From a virus (Duplodnaviria > Caudoviricetes), in IMG/VR virus record IMGVR_UViG_3300046063_000091, positions 1 through 32,419 of that record: a stretch of DNA of 32,419 nucleotides. One strand, written 5' to 3'. A program made the position numbers and the translations under genes. Shown in pieces: positions 9,791 through 18,915 of the stretch. Numbering within the stretch: position 1 is the stretch's first letter; the number at the start of each line of letters is the position of its first letter. A model generated the notes under the pieces. That model did no database searches. It saw nothing but the letters and a program-made list of their open reading frames with translations, and had not been told where the DNA came from.

Positions 9791-10327
9791 CTACGAGGAA
9801 TTGTTTCCACTACTGCCGCCCCCGCCTCCGCCGGCGAAGGCCTGCGTCGCCGCCATCGCCCCCTGCCCCAGGAGACCCATCAGCCGGCCCTTCCGCTTTT
9901 GCTCGCGGGCCTGCTTCCGGTTCCAGATTCCCGTCTTGGTATTGGCTGAGCTCATCGCCTGCTGGAGCGCCGCGCGCTTCTGCTGCTGCCCCTGCTGCAC
10001 GACGTCGAGCATCCCCTGCGCCTGGTTGCGCCCGCGCCGCGCGCTCTGGGCAATGGCGCGCTCCGTCCCGCCGGCGCCCTGCTTGGCGAGGGTCGCCTGA
10101 TCGGTGCGCCGCTGCCGCTCGGTGATCCGGCGCAGCTGCTCCATGGCCGCCTGCGCGCCCGGCTGCTCCAGGGCCCCCTGCTTGGATTGGCTCATCAGCT
10201 GCTGGTGGAGCGCGCGCCGGTCGGCCTGGCCGGGGTCGGTGTCCTCGTCCCCCGAGTCGCTGAGTAGTTCCCTTCCGATGTCGATGGCCGCCGGCAGGGC
10301 GGCGGCCGCGAGCGTAGCCCAGGCCAT
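9791..10327 (-). CDS. Putative small ejection (DNA pilot-type) protein
   Basis: ATG at 10327 gives MAWATLAAAALPAAIDIG (178 aa); Ala/Gln-rich helical body and hydrophobic Gly-rich ends, first of three ejection-type genes. The longer ORF call to 10429 runs through an intergenic-looking leader. Confidence 0.6.
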   Translation of the reverse strand: MAWATLAAAALPAAIDIGRELLSDSGDEDTDPGQADRRALHQQLMSQSKQGALEQPGAQAAMEQLRRITERQRRTDQATLAKQGAGGTERAIAQSARRGRNQAQGMLDVVQQGQQQKRAALQQAMSSANTKTGIWNRKQAREQKRKGRLMGLLGQGAMAATQAFAGGGGGGSSGNNSS

Positions 10328-10488
10328 AGCAGGGTGCTGTTTGGGGAGCGAAAAAACGCGCGGGCTCGGGAAAAGGCTTCCCGGGAAGGGCAGACTACAC
10401 AACCCGCCGCCGCAGAACGCACGCCTCACCTTACGTCAATGTAGGGAAACGCCGAGTACAGAAAGCCCAAGGGGTCGGGCAGGAAGCC

Positions 10489-11118
10489 TCACCAGTCGAG
10501 TGTGAAAGGCCGAACGCGCACGCCGGCAGCCACGCCGGAGCGGATACTGCTCTCCCGCCCGCGCTTGGCAAAGCGGTAGCCGCCCCAGACCTCAACGCGC
10601 CGATACCGCAGGTGCACCGCCGCCGTCGCGCCGACCGTGCCGCGCGGGCCATACGTCGCTGCAAGGTCCGGCCACAGTTCCCATTCCGGCTCCGGCACGT
10701 CATAGACGCGCTGCTCGAAACGAGAGGCACGCGGGTCAAAGGTCGTGAGCGTGACGGACGACCCGGAGAATAGCCCGTCGGGCTCGATGCGCACCGGGCG
10801 CGAGCTGGCGAGCCCCGCCACGCGGAAGGAGTCGGGGCGCGCGTAGCAATCCCGTACGGTGTCTACGCGCGTCTCGTAACGCACGACCTCGCGTGGCGTC
10901 GAGGCGCGCGCCGTCGCCGGCGCCGCGCCGGCCTGCGTGGTTGTGGCCGTATCTTCCCTTGCGACAGGGCGGTTCCGGTACACCGTGTCTGTCTGCACCG
11001 ATGTTCGCGCGCGAACATTTTGCTGCCCGCGCTCGGCCCACCACTGTCCGGCGTAGACCCCCAACGCGAGGAGCGCAAGGGCGCCGACGGCGGCCAACAT
11101 GTAACCCAACTTGTTCAT
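10489..11118 (-). CDS. Lysis-cassette membrane protein, candidate spanin (N-terminal TM, C-terminal amphipathic beta-strands ending in Trp)
   Basis: 209 aa; TM LGYMLAAVGALALLALGVYAG; QTDTVY and RVDTV motifs; ATGA overlap with the upstream holin-like gene; last gene of the lysis cluster. Confidence 0.6.
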   Translation of the reverse strand: MNKLGYMLAAVGALALLALGVYAGQWWAERGQQNVRARTSVQTDTVYRNRPVAREDTATTTQAGAAPATARASTPREVVRYETRVDTVRDCYARPDSFRVAGLASSRPVRIEPDGLFSGSSVTLTTFDPRASRFEQRVYDVPEPEWELWPDLAATYGPRGTVGATAAVHLRYRRVEVWGGYRFAKRGRESSIRSGVAAGVRVRPFTLDW

Positions 11119-11381
11119 GATCGCCCAGAGTTATCGTGAACCGTGCCGCGAAGCCAGTCCCCCAGCGCGCTGACAGCCTTCGCGCCACTCGGCGACTTGA
11201 AGGCCTTCCACGCCACGATGCCGCCCGTGACCGCCGCGATGCTGCTGGAGACAATCCGCGAAAACTCCAAAAAGGCTTTTCCCTCCGTCAGCACGAAGCC
11301 CCTGAAAAGCGCGTAGCATACCAGCGAGGCGAGGACCGCCACTACGGAAACGCGAAAGAGCTTCTGCAACCCTGTGAGCAT
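11115..11381 (-). CDS. Putative holin (2 TM)
   Basis: 88 aa with two hydrophobic helices and a charged C-tail, inside the lysis cluster. Confidence 0.6.
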   Translation of the reverse strand: MLTGLQKLFRVSVVAVLASLVCYALFRGFVLTEGKAFLEFSRIVSSSIAAVTGGIVAWKAFKSPSGAKAVSALGDWLRGTVHDNSGRS

Positions 11382-11429
11382 CTTGCGGGTCGGAGTTTCT
11401 TTGATGAGTCTTCGGTTGGCCGAGGTCGC

Positions 11430-11759
11430 TCAGGCTATCGAGATGAGTTTGATGACGAGGGTGGCGATGAGAACGAAGGCGCTCCCGGTCCCCACCCACA
11501 CCTTCAACTTCGTTTCGATGGAGGACTGGCGGCTCCGAATCGTTTGCTGGTGCTCCTCGAGCCTCCGGATGCGTGCCTGGTTGCGGCTGTTTTGGTGGAC
11601 GTACTCCACGACCTCCTTGAGCGCCTCGGCGGTTTCCTCCTGGCTCTCACGAATCGTTTTCAGTTCCTGCGCCAAAACCGCAACGGCCACTTCGTCGTCC
11701 ATATCGGATTGCCTAACTTTTTGGGGGCTCGTCAGGTCGTCGAGGGTGGGGGTGGGCAT
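11430..11759 (-). CDS. Coiled-coil protein with C-terminal TM (holin/antiholin-like)
   Basis: ATG at 11759 (MPTPTLDDL, 109 aa), 35 nt after the lysozyme stop; heptad coiled coil then VWVGTGSAFVLIATLVIKLISIA. Confidence 0.55.
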   Translation of the reverse strand: MPTPTLDDLTSPQKVRQSDMDDEVAVAVLAQELKTIRESQEETAEALKEVVEYVHQNSRNQARIRRLEEHQQTIRSRQSSIETKLKVWVGTGSAFVLIATLVIKLISIA

Positions 11760-11794
11760 CTCGTCAAGCACGGTTGGGGAAACAATCAGCAGAT

Positions 11795-12397
11795 TCAGAA
11801 GCGTCGCAGGAAGCGGTTCACGGCGGGCGGCAGGCGGGTCTTGAGGGGTTGCACAGCCAGCGGCTCCAGCGGCGCGGCCTCCATTCCTGCGGCGACGGCC
11901 GGCTCCTCCAAGAAGAGCGCGCGCTCGGCCTTCCGGCGCTTCACCAGGCCGGAGAGGACCTCCCCATCGGCGTACTTCCACCGCAGAAACTCGTCAGCGG
12001 TCTCCTGGTACCGCTTTGCGTTCAGGTGGCGCAGCAGCGTAGACCCACGAAAGTTCGCCGCGCCGATGTTGTAGCAAAGGCTAACCAGCGCCGAAAACTG
12101 GTTCGCGGTCAGCGCGGTGGAGGTGGCCTCCTCGACAGCCGGCTCGTACTGCTGAATGAGTTGGCGCTTCAGGAGGCGCTCGGCCTCAGGCTTCGTGATC
12201 GGGCCCGGAGTAGACTGCCGCGAGAGGCCCGGCGTGTGCTTCTCGGTCGCGCCGTAGCCGATGGTCCAGACGCCCACACTGTCGGTGTACCACTCCGCGC
12301 GGAACGCCTCAAACCGGCGAATGAGCTCCAAGCCCGCCTGGTTGGTGTCCAGGAGGCCGTTGGGGACAAATTGCTTCTTGGAGAAGTGCTTTTTCAT
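11795..12397 (-). CDS. Endolysin, GH24 phage lysozyme
   Basis: Catalytic E-x8-D-x5-T pattern in FEAFRAEWYTDSVGVWTIGYG; NQFSALVSLCYNIG; GLVKRRKAERALF. Confidence 0.95.
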   Translation of the reverse strand: MKKHFSKKQFVPNGLLDTNQAGLELIRRFEAFRAEWYTDSVGVWTIGYGATEKHTPGLSRQSTPGPITKPEAERLLKRQLIQQYEPAVEEATSTALTANQFSALVSLCYNIGAANFRGSTLLRHLNAKRYQETADEFLRWKYADGEVLSGLVKRRKAERALFLEEPAVAAGMEAAPLEPLAVQPLKTRLPPAVNRFLRRF

Positions 12398-12467
12398 AGC
12401 GCAGAGGCTGTCTTCGAGCGGATGATGCCCTGCGCTGTGCCTTTGCCTTTTTGCGAAGCCGCCTGGC

Positions 12468-13013
12468 TTACGAAGCTATGTAGCTCACGCCCTCTCCGTC
12501 GATATCCACGTCGAGGTACACCGCCGAGAGGTCGTCGGCGGCCACCTCCACCGACTCCCCGGCAGCCAGAATGTAGCCCGCGCCCGCCCCGGCGCCGGAG
12601 GGTTGCACGTAGACGTTACCGCTGTTGCTGCTCTTTGCCTTGACCGTCACCCCCTCGTCGAGCGCCTGCGCGGCCGCGAGCGCTTCGGGCGTCCCGGCGG
12701 TGGCGACGGCCTTCTGGCCGGCATAGATCGCGCCCGGCGGGTTCCCCGTCACCTCCACGCGCAGCGTGTCGGTGGCGTTGGACGCCAGCGCCGCCAAAAG
12801 GTCCGACAGCGGCGTCGCGGCCACGTCTACGCTCCCGATGTTGTTATTTCCCGCCGGCAGGGCGCCGGTCAGCAGGGTGCGGAGCTCATCGGTGCCGGCC
12901 GTAGAGGCCAGCGCCGCGAGGAGCCGGTCCAACTGCGCGTTCTCGGTCGGGTCGTCGGGAATCTGTATCGTCCGCGTCGTCCCGGTTGCGTCTTTTACGT
13001 CAATGGTCGCCAT
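12468..13013 (-). CDS. Putative tail-associated virion protein
   Basis: 181 aa, Ala/Gly/Thr-rich; internal repeat LxxLLAALASxA(G)TDxLR twice; beta-rich C-terminal domain; 13 nt after the tail gene stop. Confidence 0.55.
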   Translation of the reverse strand: MATIDVKDATGTTRTIQIPDDPTENAQLDRLLAALASTAGTDELRTLLTGALPAGNNNIGSVDVAATPLSDLLAALASNATDTLRVEVTGNPPGAIYAGQKAVATAGTPEALAAAQALDEGVTVKAKSSNSGNVYVQPSGAGAGAGYILAAGESVEVAADDLSAVYLDVDIDGEGVSYIAS

Positions 13014-13026
13014 TGTACGGGGTATC

Positions 13027-16000
13027 CTATTGAGTGAGCAAGGTAGCGTATGCGGCGTTTTCTGCCTTGGTGAAGTCGAGGTTGGGCTCGCCGGTCACGG
13101 CAAGCGTAAAGGACTGCTCGGCCTGCTTCGACCCGTCGCTCACGACGAGCGTCACGTCGTATTCAGCGAAGGCCACCGTCGGCGCGGTCCCGCTCAGGGT
13201 GGCCGTGCCGTCGCCGTGGTCGGTGAGCGTGAGCCACGCCGGGGCCACGCTGATAGCAAAGGTGATCGCGTCGCCGTCCGGATCGCTCCCCTCTACGGTA
13301 TACGTGTACGATTCCCCGCTGGCCGCGGACGTAACCGGAGAGGAGCCGAAGGCGGGAGCGCGGTTGGTCGCGCCCACGTACAGCGGCGCGCTCACCCCGC
13401 CAGAGGTCGTCCACGAGGGCGCGGCGGGGTCGGTGCTCGTGGTGCCGGGCCGGCGGTGGGGCATGCGCACGTCGTACTCGAAGCCGAAGCGCTCGACGCT
13501 CTGCCCCGGCAGGCCTTCCCCTACGAGCTCGAGCTCGCCCTCCAGGAGCATCCCCGCCGGGAGCGTAAACGCGTCGTGCGGAGCTGTATTCATAGCCCCC
13601 TCCTGCAACAGCAGCTTCCCGCGTGCCGGGTCGTGCATCGAAAGCCGCCACGTGAGGCTGCGCAGCGGGTCGCCCTGGCGAAGCCAAAACTCGCGCAGGC
13701 GCTTCCATGTGCCCTGCGCCGAGAAGTAGAGCCGAGCGGTCTGCATGTACACCCGCTGCGCCTGCTCGGACGCGCCCTCTTCGTAGAGCCGCCCGCCGGC
13801 CCCATCCGAGAGCGGCCCGGTGCCGAGGAGCCGCCCCCGGAAACGCCCCAACGCCCGCCGCTCGCGGTCCAGGATCGTCCACGTCCCGTGCCGGAGCGAG
13901 AACGCGAACGTGAGCGCTCCGGCCCCCACCCACAACTCGCGCCGGCTCTGGTCGACGCTCCGGTAGTAGCCCAGCACGGCCGCAGGCTCGCCGCCGCCTT
14001 TGGAAGCCTGCCCGGCCCCGGCGCCGAGGCTTTCTAAAAAGTCTCCCTCGTGAAGCGGGGCCGATATCGGCTCGCCGGAAAGCTCCGGCGCGAGCTGGTA
14101 GATGCCGTCAACGCTGGCGAAGACCACGCTGCGATCGAGGTTCGTGAACGCCCCGCGCCCCACGCACCCCCGGGGCGCGACCTTGCGCCATCCGCTGAAC
14201 GCGACATCGCCCCCGCCCCCCACCTGGCCGAGGAAGACGCTCTCGCGGCAGAGCGCGTAGACGGGGTACTCGCCGAACTGCCCCTCCGAGGCCGGCAGCG
14301 TGGAGGCGGCAAACCCCACGATGCCGTCGGTGGAGCCGTCACCGATGTAGGCGGCCCGCCGCGCCAAAAGCGCGCGCGGCTGGGCTACGCTCGACACCAG
14401 AAGCCGGTTCGGGTCGTGCTCCTCGTTGGCATTCGCGCCGGCGATCTCTTCGCCTGTTACGTTGGCGCTCGATCCTCCGCCCCCGCCGGCGCCGGAGAAG
14501 AAAACCACGACCGACCGCAAATTGCTGTCCCCGCTTGCCGACGTGTCGCCGTACTTCGGCGACCCCGCTTGGGCGTTGGCGGACAGGTCAAATTCGATGC
14601 GCGCGCCCCCGCCGGCCTGAAGGCGAAACGTTCGCTCGCCTCCGTCGCCGGCGTTTCCGCCGGTCTGGTTTACGCTGGCGGCGCGCGTCTTTTTATCGAT
14701 GAGGGTCCCCTCGTCGTCCAGGACGCGCGCGGTCATCTCCGCCGTTGCCGAAAAGAGATCGCCCGGCTTCGTCGCCGATCCGTGCGCTTCGACGTAGGCG
14801 TCTACGTCGATGACCGCGTCGCCCGCCAGCACCGTCGAAAAGTCGTAGTAGGGAGCTGACGAAACCGGGCCGACGGCGTGCGTCGTGTCATCGGAAGGAT
14901 CGGAGGTGTCTCGGCGGTTGTCCACGGCATAACTGCGGGTTTTTTTGTCGCGCGGCCCGCCGTCGTCGTCGGGCATGTCGTCTATGATCTCCTCGCCGTC
15001 GGAACCGCCCCCCTCGCCCGAGGCAGGATCGCCCGTCGTCAGGTCGTAGGCCCCTTCCAGCCGCGCGTATACGTAGTTGCCGCCCCCCGTAGTAAACGCG
15101 CGCGTCGCTCCCTCCATGACGGCCGCGCCCCACGAGCCCGGCTCGCTTCCGGGCACATAGTCGCTGCTCACATAGATCTCCCACCGCTCGGCGCGCACGT
15201 CGGGATAGTAGAGCAGTCCTCCGACGAACGAGGCGCTCGTTGCGTGCGACGAGTCCAGGGGTACCGCCTCGGAGTAGCGCGCGAACCGGCCGTTGGAGGT
15301 GGCCAGCTCGACCTTCATCCGAATCCAGTAGTCGTTCCCGCCGGCGTCGTCGGTGCCGCCCTCCCAGCCGAGCATCCGGCGCAGCGCGGGTCGGGCGAAG
15401 TCGTAGCCCACGTCGCCCAGCAGGAGACGCTGGTTGTAACTAAAGGCCGCCCCCGCACGAATCGTGTGCTGGAGCAGGCTCTCGTCGCTCAGGGGCTCGC
15501 GCGTCAGGATCGAGGCGGCTCCACGAGGCATCTCCTCCCCCTCAAGCTGGGCCTGCGCGCCGATCTCGGTGTCGGAAATCGTTGCTACGCGGAAGCCCGG
15601 ATTGCCCATCGCGGGACGCTCGGCTCCGTCGCGCGGGTCGCCGTCGGCGTCTCTCAGGAGCGGCGGCTGCGCGAAAACGGCAATCCCGGTCAGGATCGGG
15701 TCCCATTCGCTCGCCAGGGGATACGGGTAGCCGTCGACAGTAAATACCGGCGCGTAGGTGTCGCCGCTCCCGCTCGTGCCGACCTCCGCCCTTATCGGGC
15801 CGCCGGGCGGCCCCAGGGTGCCGTCCTTGAGCGTCCACGCGAAGCGAAACACGTATTCCTCCGGCTCCAGCCCCTCGTCCGGCGACCCGGCGGCCACCTC
15901 GCTCGACACGGCCACGTCCGGCAGCGGGGGCGGCGTGAGCGGGAGGACCGCGTCGTCGCGCACCTCAAGGACCGCTTCGGGCGTGTCGTGCCGGGGCGCC

Positions 16001-16419
16001 CCCTTCGAGACGGCGGCGAAGTGCCCCGCCCCCACCGGCGCGAACTGCGCGAAGCGCGTAGCGTCGGCTCCGCCCTCCAGGGCGTGCAGCTCGCGCACCT
16101 GCCAGGGCGTGTCCGCGTGGCCCGGGTCGATGACCACCAGCGCCTCGTCAGTCAGCCCCAGCACGCGCTCCAGCGACTGCCCGGGGTCGGCTTCGAGGTC
16201 AGCCAGGTCACCGTAGCGCTGGCGCACCTGCTCGCCCAGCGCCAGCAGGCGCCGCGCGCCTGAGCGCTCCTTCGCGCCGGCGGCCACCTCGTAGCGCGGC
16301 GCATCCGGTGGGCCGGCCCGCGCCACGTTCACCGCCGCCCGCAGCGTCCCGGCGGGCGCGCGCCGCGCCGGCACGCTCACGTCGAGCGGCCCCAGCATAA
16401 CGTCCTTGCGCTCTGGCAC
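13027..16419 (-). CDS. Large tail protein (nozzle/stabilisation-like) with C-terminal Ig-like (He_PIG/cadherin-type) domain
   Basis: 1130 aa (GTG 16419; alternative ATG 16398). YNQRLLLGDV, YYPDVRA, PNRLLVS, GQFGEYPVY and VVFASVDGI recall Bacteroidota phage stabilisation proteins; Ig signature NRAPAF..SDPDGD..PAWL..DGT..VSDG. Confidence 0.7.
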   Translation of the reverse strand: MPERKDVMLGPLDVSVPARRAPAGTLRAAVNVARAGPPDAPRYEVAAGAKERSGARRLLALGEQVRQRYGDLADLEADPGQSLERVLGLTDEALVVIDPGHADTPWQVRELHALEGGADATRFAQFAPVGAGHFAAVSKGAPRHDTPEAVLEVRDDAVLPLTPPPLPDVAVSSEVAAGSPDEGLEPEEYVFRFAWTLKDGTLGPPGGPIRAEVGTSGSGDTYAPVFTVDGYPYPLASEWDPILTGIAVFAQPPLLRDADGDPRDGAERPAMGNPGFRVATISDTEIGAQAQLEGEEMPRGAASILTREPLSDESLLQHTIRAGAAFSYNQRLLLGDVGYDFARPALRRMLGWEGGTDDAGGNDYWIRMKVELATSNGRFARYSEAVPLDSSHATSASFVGGLLYYPDVRAERWEIYVSSDYVPGSEPGSWGAAVMEGATRAFTTGGGNYVYARLEGAYDLTTGDPASGEGGGSDGEEIIDDMPDDDGGPRDKKTRSYAVDNRRDTSDPSDDTTHAVGPVSSAPYYDFSTVLAGDAVIDVDAYVEAHGSATKPGDLFSATAEMTARVLDDEGTLIDKKTRAASVNQTGGNAGDGGERTFRLQAGGGARIEFDLSANAQAGSPKYGDTSASGDSNLRSVVVFFSGAGGGGGSSANVTGEEIAGANANEEHDPNRLLVSSVAQPRALLARRAAYIGDGSTDGIVGFAASTLPASEGQFGEYPVYALCRESVFLGQVGGGGDVAFSGWRKVAPRGCVGRGAFTNLDRSVVFASVDGIYQLAPELSGEPISAPLHEGDFLESLGAGAGQASKGGGEPAAVLGYYRSVDQSRRELWVGAGALTFAFSLRHGTWTILDRERRALGRFRGRLLGTGPLSDGAGGRLYEEGASEQAQRVYMQTARLYFSAQGTWKRLREFWLRQGDPLRSLTWRLSMHDPARGKLLLQEGAMNTAPHDAFTLPAGMLLEGELELVGEGLPGQSVERFGFEYDVRMPHRRPGTTSTDPAAPSWTTSGGVSAPLYVGATNRAPAFGSSPVTSAASGESYTYTVEGSDPDGDAITFAISVAPAWLTLTDHGDGTATLSGTAPTVAFAEYDVTLVVSDGSKQAEQSFTLAVTGEPNLDFTKAENAAYATLLTQ

Positions 16420-16495
16420 AGGAGAAGAGGGTTCTTCAGAAAAGCGTTCTTCAGGAGAGGGCCGCCCCTTGGGGAAAGCGGCCGCGCCCTGGGCG

Positions 16496-16723
16496 TCAAT
16501 AGGTAGGCGAGAGCTGCGACGTCGTCTGGCTGCGCGGCTCGTGGTCGTAGTCGCTGATCGCCCCGAAGAAGCGCCCGCGCTTCTGCTCGGCCAGCTCCGC
16601 CTGCCCCACGTCGGCGAGGTACTCGGCCTGCACGTAGTCCACCAACGCGCGCCGCAACTCGGGCGGCATCTGCTGCAGGTAGTCCGTTAAGGACGGGCCG
16701 GGAAGCGGCGCGGGAAGAGCCAT
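16496..16723 (-). CDS. Detached C-terminal helical part of the head-tail adaptor 18862..19362
   Basis: 75 aa; MPPELRRALVDYVQAEYL is the helix that normally follows the LYPVP beta-domain of such adaptors (compare IPEELRDALTWEAAGRVL in the neighbour 19422..20093). Own ATG with AAAGG 7 nt upstream; high GC resumes here. Confidence 0.7.
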   Translation of the reverse strand: MALPAPLPGPSLTDYLQQMPPELRRALVDYVQAEYLADVGQAELAEQKRGRFFGAISDYDHEPRSQTTSQLSPTY

Positions 16724-18915
16724 AGATATACCTTTGCGTTAAATCTTGATACCCACTTCGTAATACAGCTTTTTGAGCTTTCCCGCCCCTATGGTAATAG
16801 AAGTCTCCAGCACATTGCGGGTGATAAGGTTATTATTTGTTTGAGTCGAAACCGTCAACAATAGCGGTGTGAAAGCGATTGCCACTCCACGAGTTAGCAA
16901 CCAACACACCGTCATACCCTTCGGGCATGTAAACGGCAGCAGAGCGGATTCCTTGGTTGCCGTTATACAAATAGCCATTGTGCCAGTAGGACGGTCCCCG
17001 TTTGCGATTTTGCAAGATTAGCCGCAACTCTTCCCGGCGCATTTGCCGAAACGACGAAGGCGACAGGACCCTGCCGGTGCGAAGCGAACGCATGAATGCC
17101 ATCACGTCGCGGGCACTCATAATCCATCCTCCTACTCCCGTAAATGCCATTTTCCCGAAATCATGCCCACCGCTCGGCGTCGAGCCGTGCTCATAGGCCA
17201 GCGCGTGCGAATCGTCAGCCGGGGGCGCTGAATACGCATTTTCGACGCAGCCAGTGAATATCTCCCGCTGCACGAAGTCGTCGTACGCCTCCCCTGTCAC
17301 TTCTTCGATAAGCGCCTCCATAACAGCGAGGGAGCCATTTTTGTAATCGTACTTTGCGCCCACCTCATGCTCGAGCGGCCCGTCCAGATAATCCTGCACT
17401 TCCGTGTCGAACCCGCCGTAAAGGTCTATGTCTGCCGTCAACCCCGAACGCATTTGCAGAAACTGGCGAACGGTAGCCACTTCCGCCCCGGAGGCAATAG
17501 AAGAATAGCGGCTCTCAAGATGTGGCCACACGGCATCATCTAAACTTACCCGCTCCTGTTCAACGAGCCGCATCACTGCCGTAGCCGTGAAGATTTTCCC
17601 AACGCTGGCGACATGGCAGGGGGTGTCCAGCGTAAACGGTAAGTCGCCCTCACCTTCTGCACGTGCCACTCCTCCCGCGTCAGACTGAACAACCGAACCG
17701 TTTTGTTCGATAATCCACGCGTAGCCCGCCGGGTTGTCAATTCCAGCGGCAATGGTAGACGAAAAATCAGTCGTTGCTGCCGTCCGCGTTTGCGAAGAAC
17801 GGCGCAGGAAAACGGTGCCGTGAACGGCGTGGCTGTCGGTGTCTTTGCGAAACACTGGCGGAATGAACTTTGACGCCCCCGGCACAGGAGTAGCCGAGAC
17901 CGTCTTCACCGTCCGTGCGCTGCTGCCGCTTTCGGCCCACACTTGCGATTCGTACAAATACTTCGTCCACCACGAGTTTGGCGTGTCGTCTGGATCGGAA
18001 TGTGCAACGAACGGAAACCCAGCAACAATCCCATCGGTCGACAAACCCGACGCATTTCCAAGAATCACGTCACGAGCATTGCCGGCCTTTTCTTCTGTTT
18101 TACCAACATTCACTTTTTCAACAGGACTGCTGGATTCAACGCCGTCGAATGCGCGTCCAATGCTGGCGAACAGCTGCGTGTTACCCCACGAAAACGTGAG
18201 ACTCTGGCCGTCCGATGAAAGAAAGCCGCCGTAAATACGAACGCCCAAATCGGTGTTGATCGAGTGCTGCTGTGAAGCCAGTTCGGTAAACCCGCTCGGG
18301 GCTGAAACAGCAGGATGGGTCTGTACGCTGAGGAAGACGAGCACATAGTCTCCGGACTGCCACGAGTCGTCGGAAAGCACCGCCTCCGACGCTTCATACC
18401 AATCCAGACCCGCCGTTCGCTCGGTAAGCACGGCATACGGCACCGGGCTGACGGACGCGACCGGACCGCATCCAGAAGGGGTGTACCGAAAGAAGTCCGT
18501 TTTGGTCGTATCGCCATCGCTTACCGAAACTCCGATAACGACGAACGCAAGATCGGCCGGCAGTCCTGTTTCGTCTACGGTGATTTCCGGTACACCTTCC
18601 GTCGTGCCGTCGTTCGACTGGCTCTGCGAAAGTAACCCCTTCAGCCAAACAGGCCGCGCGTCTTCGTCGTTTTCGCCGCGTACTTCATCGCTGCCGTCGG
18701 AGAAAGCCAACAGTTCCACGAACACGTCAAATGCCTCAAGGGTATCTCCGTCCGCATCGGTCACAGCTACATCATCGGATACATCAGTAGGTGAAAACGA
18801 AGCAGATCCGTTGGACGCTTTCGCATTCACCGTACTGTCCTTACGCGAAAAGTCGGTTCGATCAGGCATTTTCGGTGCGAACGTCTGCGAGATTCCAGAC
18901 CGGAGCGTTTTGTGA
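16724..18915. other. Lower-GC inserted cassette within the adaptor gene
   Basis: Visibly more AT-rich than either flank, with fairly sharp edges (approximate); no transposase, terminal repeats or target duplication seen. Confidence 0.75.
16833..18869 (-). CDS. Multidomain protein: Ig-like domain, minor-tail-type beta domain, serine hydrolase (beta-lactamase class C / D-Ala-D-Ala peptidase family)
   Basis: 678 aa; SxxK in VASVGKIFTA (17595-17606), TVRQFLQMRSGL, YDYKN (YxN), GGWIMSARD, YWHNG; N-terminal TDADGD..PVWL..VSDG Ig signature. Confidence 0.85.
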   Translation of the reverse strand: MPDRTDFSRKDSTVNAKASNGSASFSPTDVSDDVAVTDADGDTLEAFDVFVELLAFSDGSDEVRGENDEDARPVWLKGLLSQSQSNDGTTEGVPEITVDETGLPADLAFVVIGVSVSDGDTTKTDFFRYTPSGCGPVASVSPVPYAVLTERTAGLDWYEASEAVLSDDSWQSGDYVLVFLSVQTHPAVSAPSGFTELASQQHSINTDLGVRIYGGFLSSDGQSLTFSWGNTQLFASIGRAFDGVESSSPVEKVNVGKTEEKAGNARDVILGNASGLSTDGIVAGFPFVAHSDPDDTPNSWWTKYLYESQVWAESGSSARTVKTVSATPVPGASKFIPPVFRKDTDSHAVHGTVFLRRSSQTRTAATTDFSSTIAAGIDNPAGYAWIIEQNGSVVQSDAGGVARAEGEGDLPFTLDTPCHVASVGKIFTATAVMRLVEQERVSLDDAVWPHLESRYSSIASGAEVATVRQFLQMRSGLTADIDLYGGFDTEVQDYLDGPLEHEVGAKYDYKNGSLAVMEALIEEVTGEAYDDFVQREIFTGCVENAYSAPPADDSHALAYEHGSTPSGGHDFGKMAFTGVGGWIMSARDVMAFMRSLRTGRVLSPSSFRQMRREELRLILQNRKRGPSYWHNGYLYNGNQGIRSAAVYMPEGYDGVLVANSWSGNRFHTAIVDGFDSNK

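Noticed and set aside
16739-16978. 79-aa ORF bridging the hydrolase and the adaptor C-piece frame
   Set aside because: Ends in TAA 15 nt before the C-piece ATG and overlaps the hydrolase; no support for readthrough rejoining the adaptor halves.
16833-17760. Antibiotic resistance gene call
   Set aside because: The motifs are shared by esterases and peptidases of the same family; no signal peptide; fused to virion-type domains.
16724-18915. Cassette as a group I/II intron, intein or IS element
   Set aside because: Almost fully coding with only ~110 nt non-coding; no RT, homing endonuclease, transposase, terminal inverted repeats or target duplication; stops rule out an intein.
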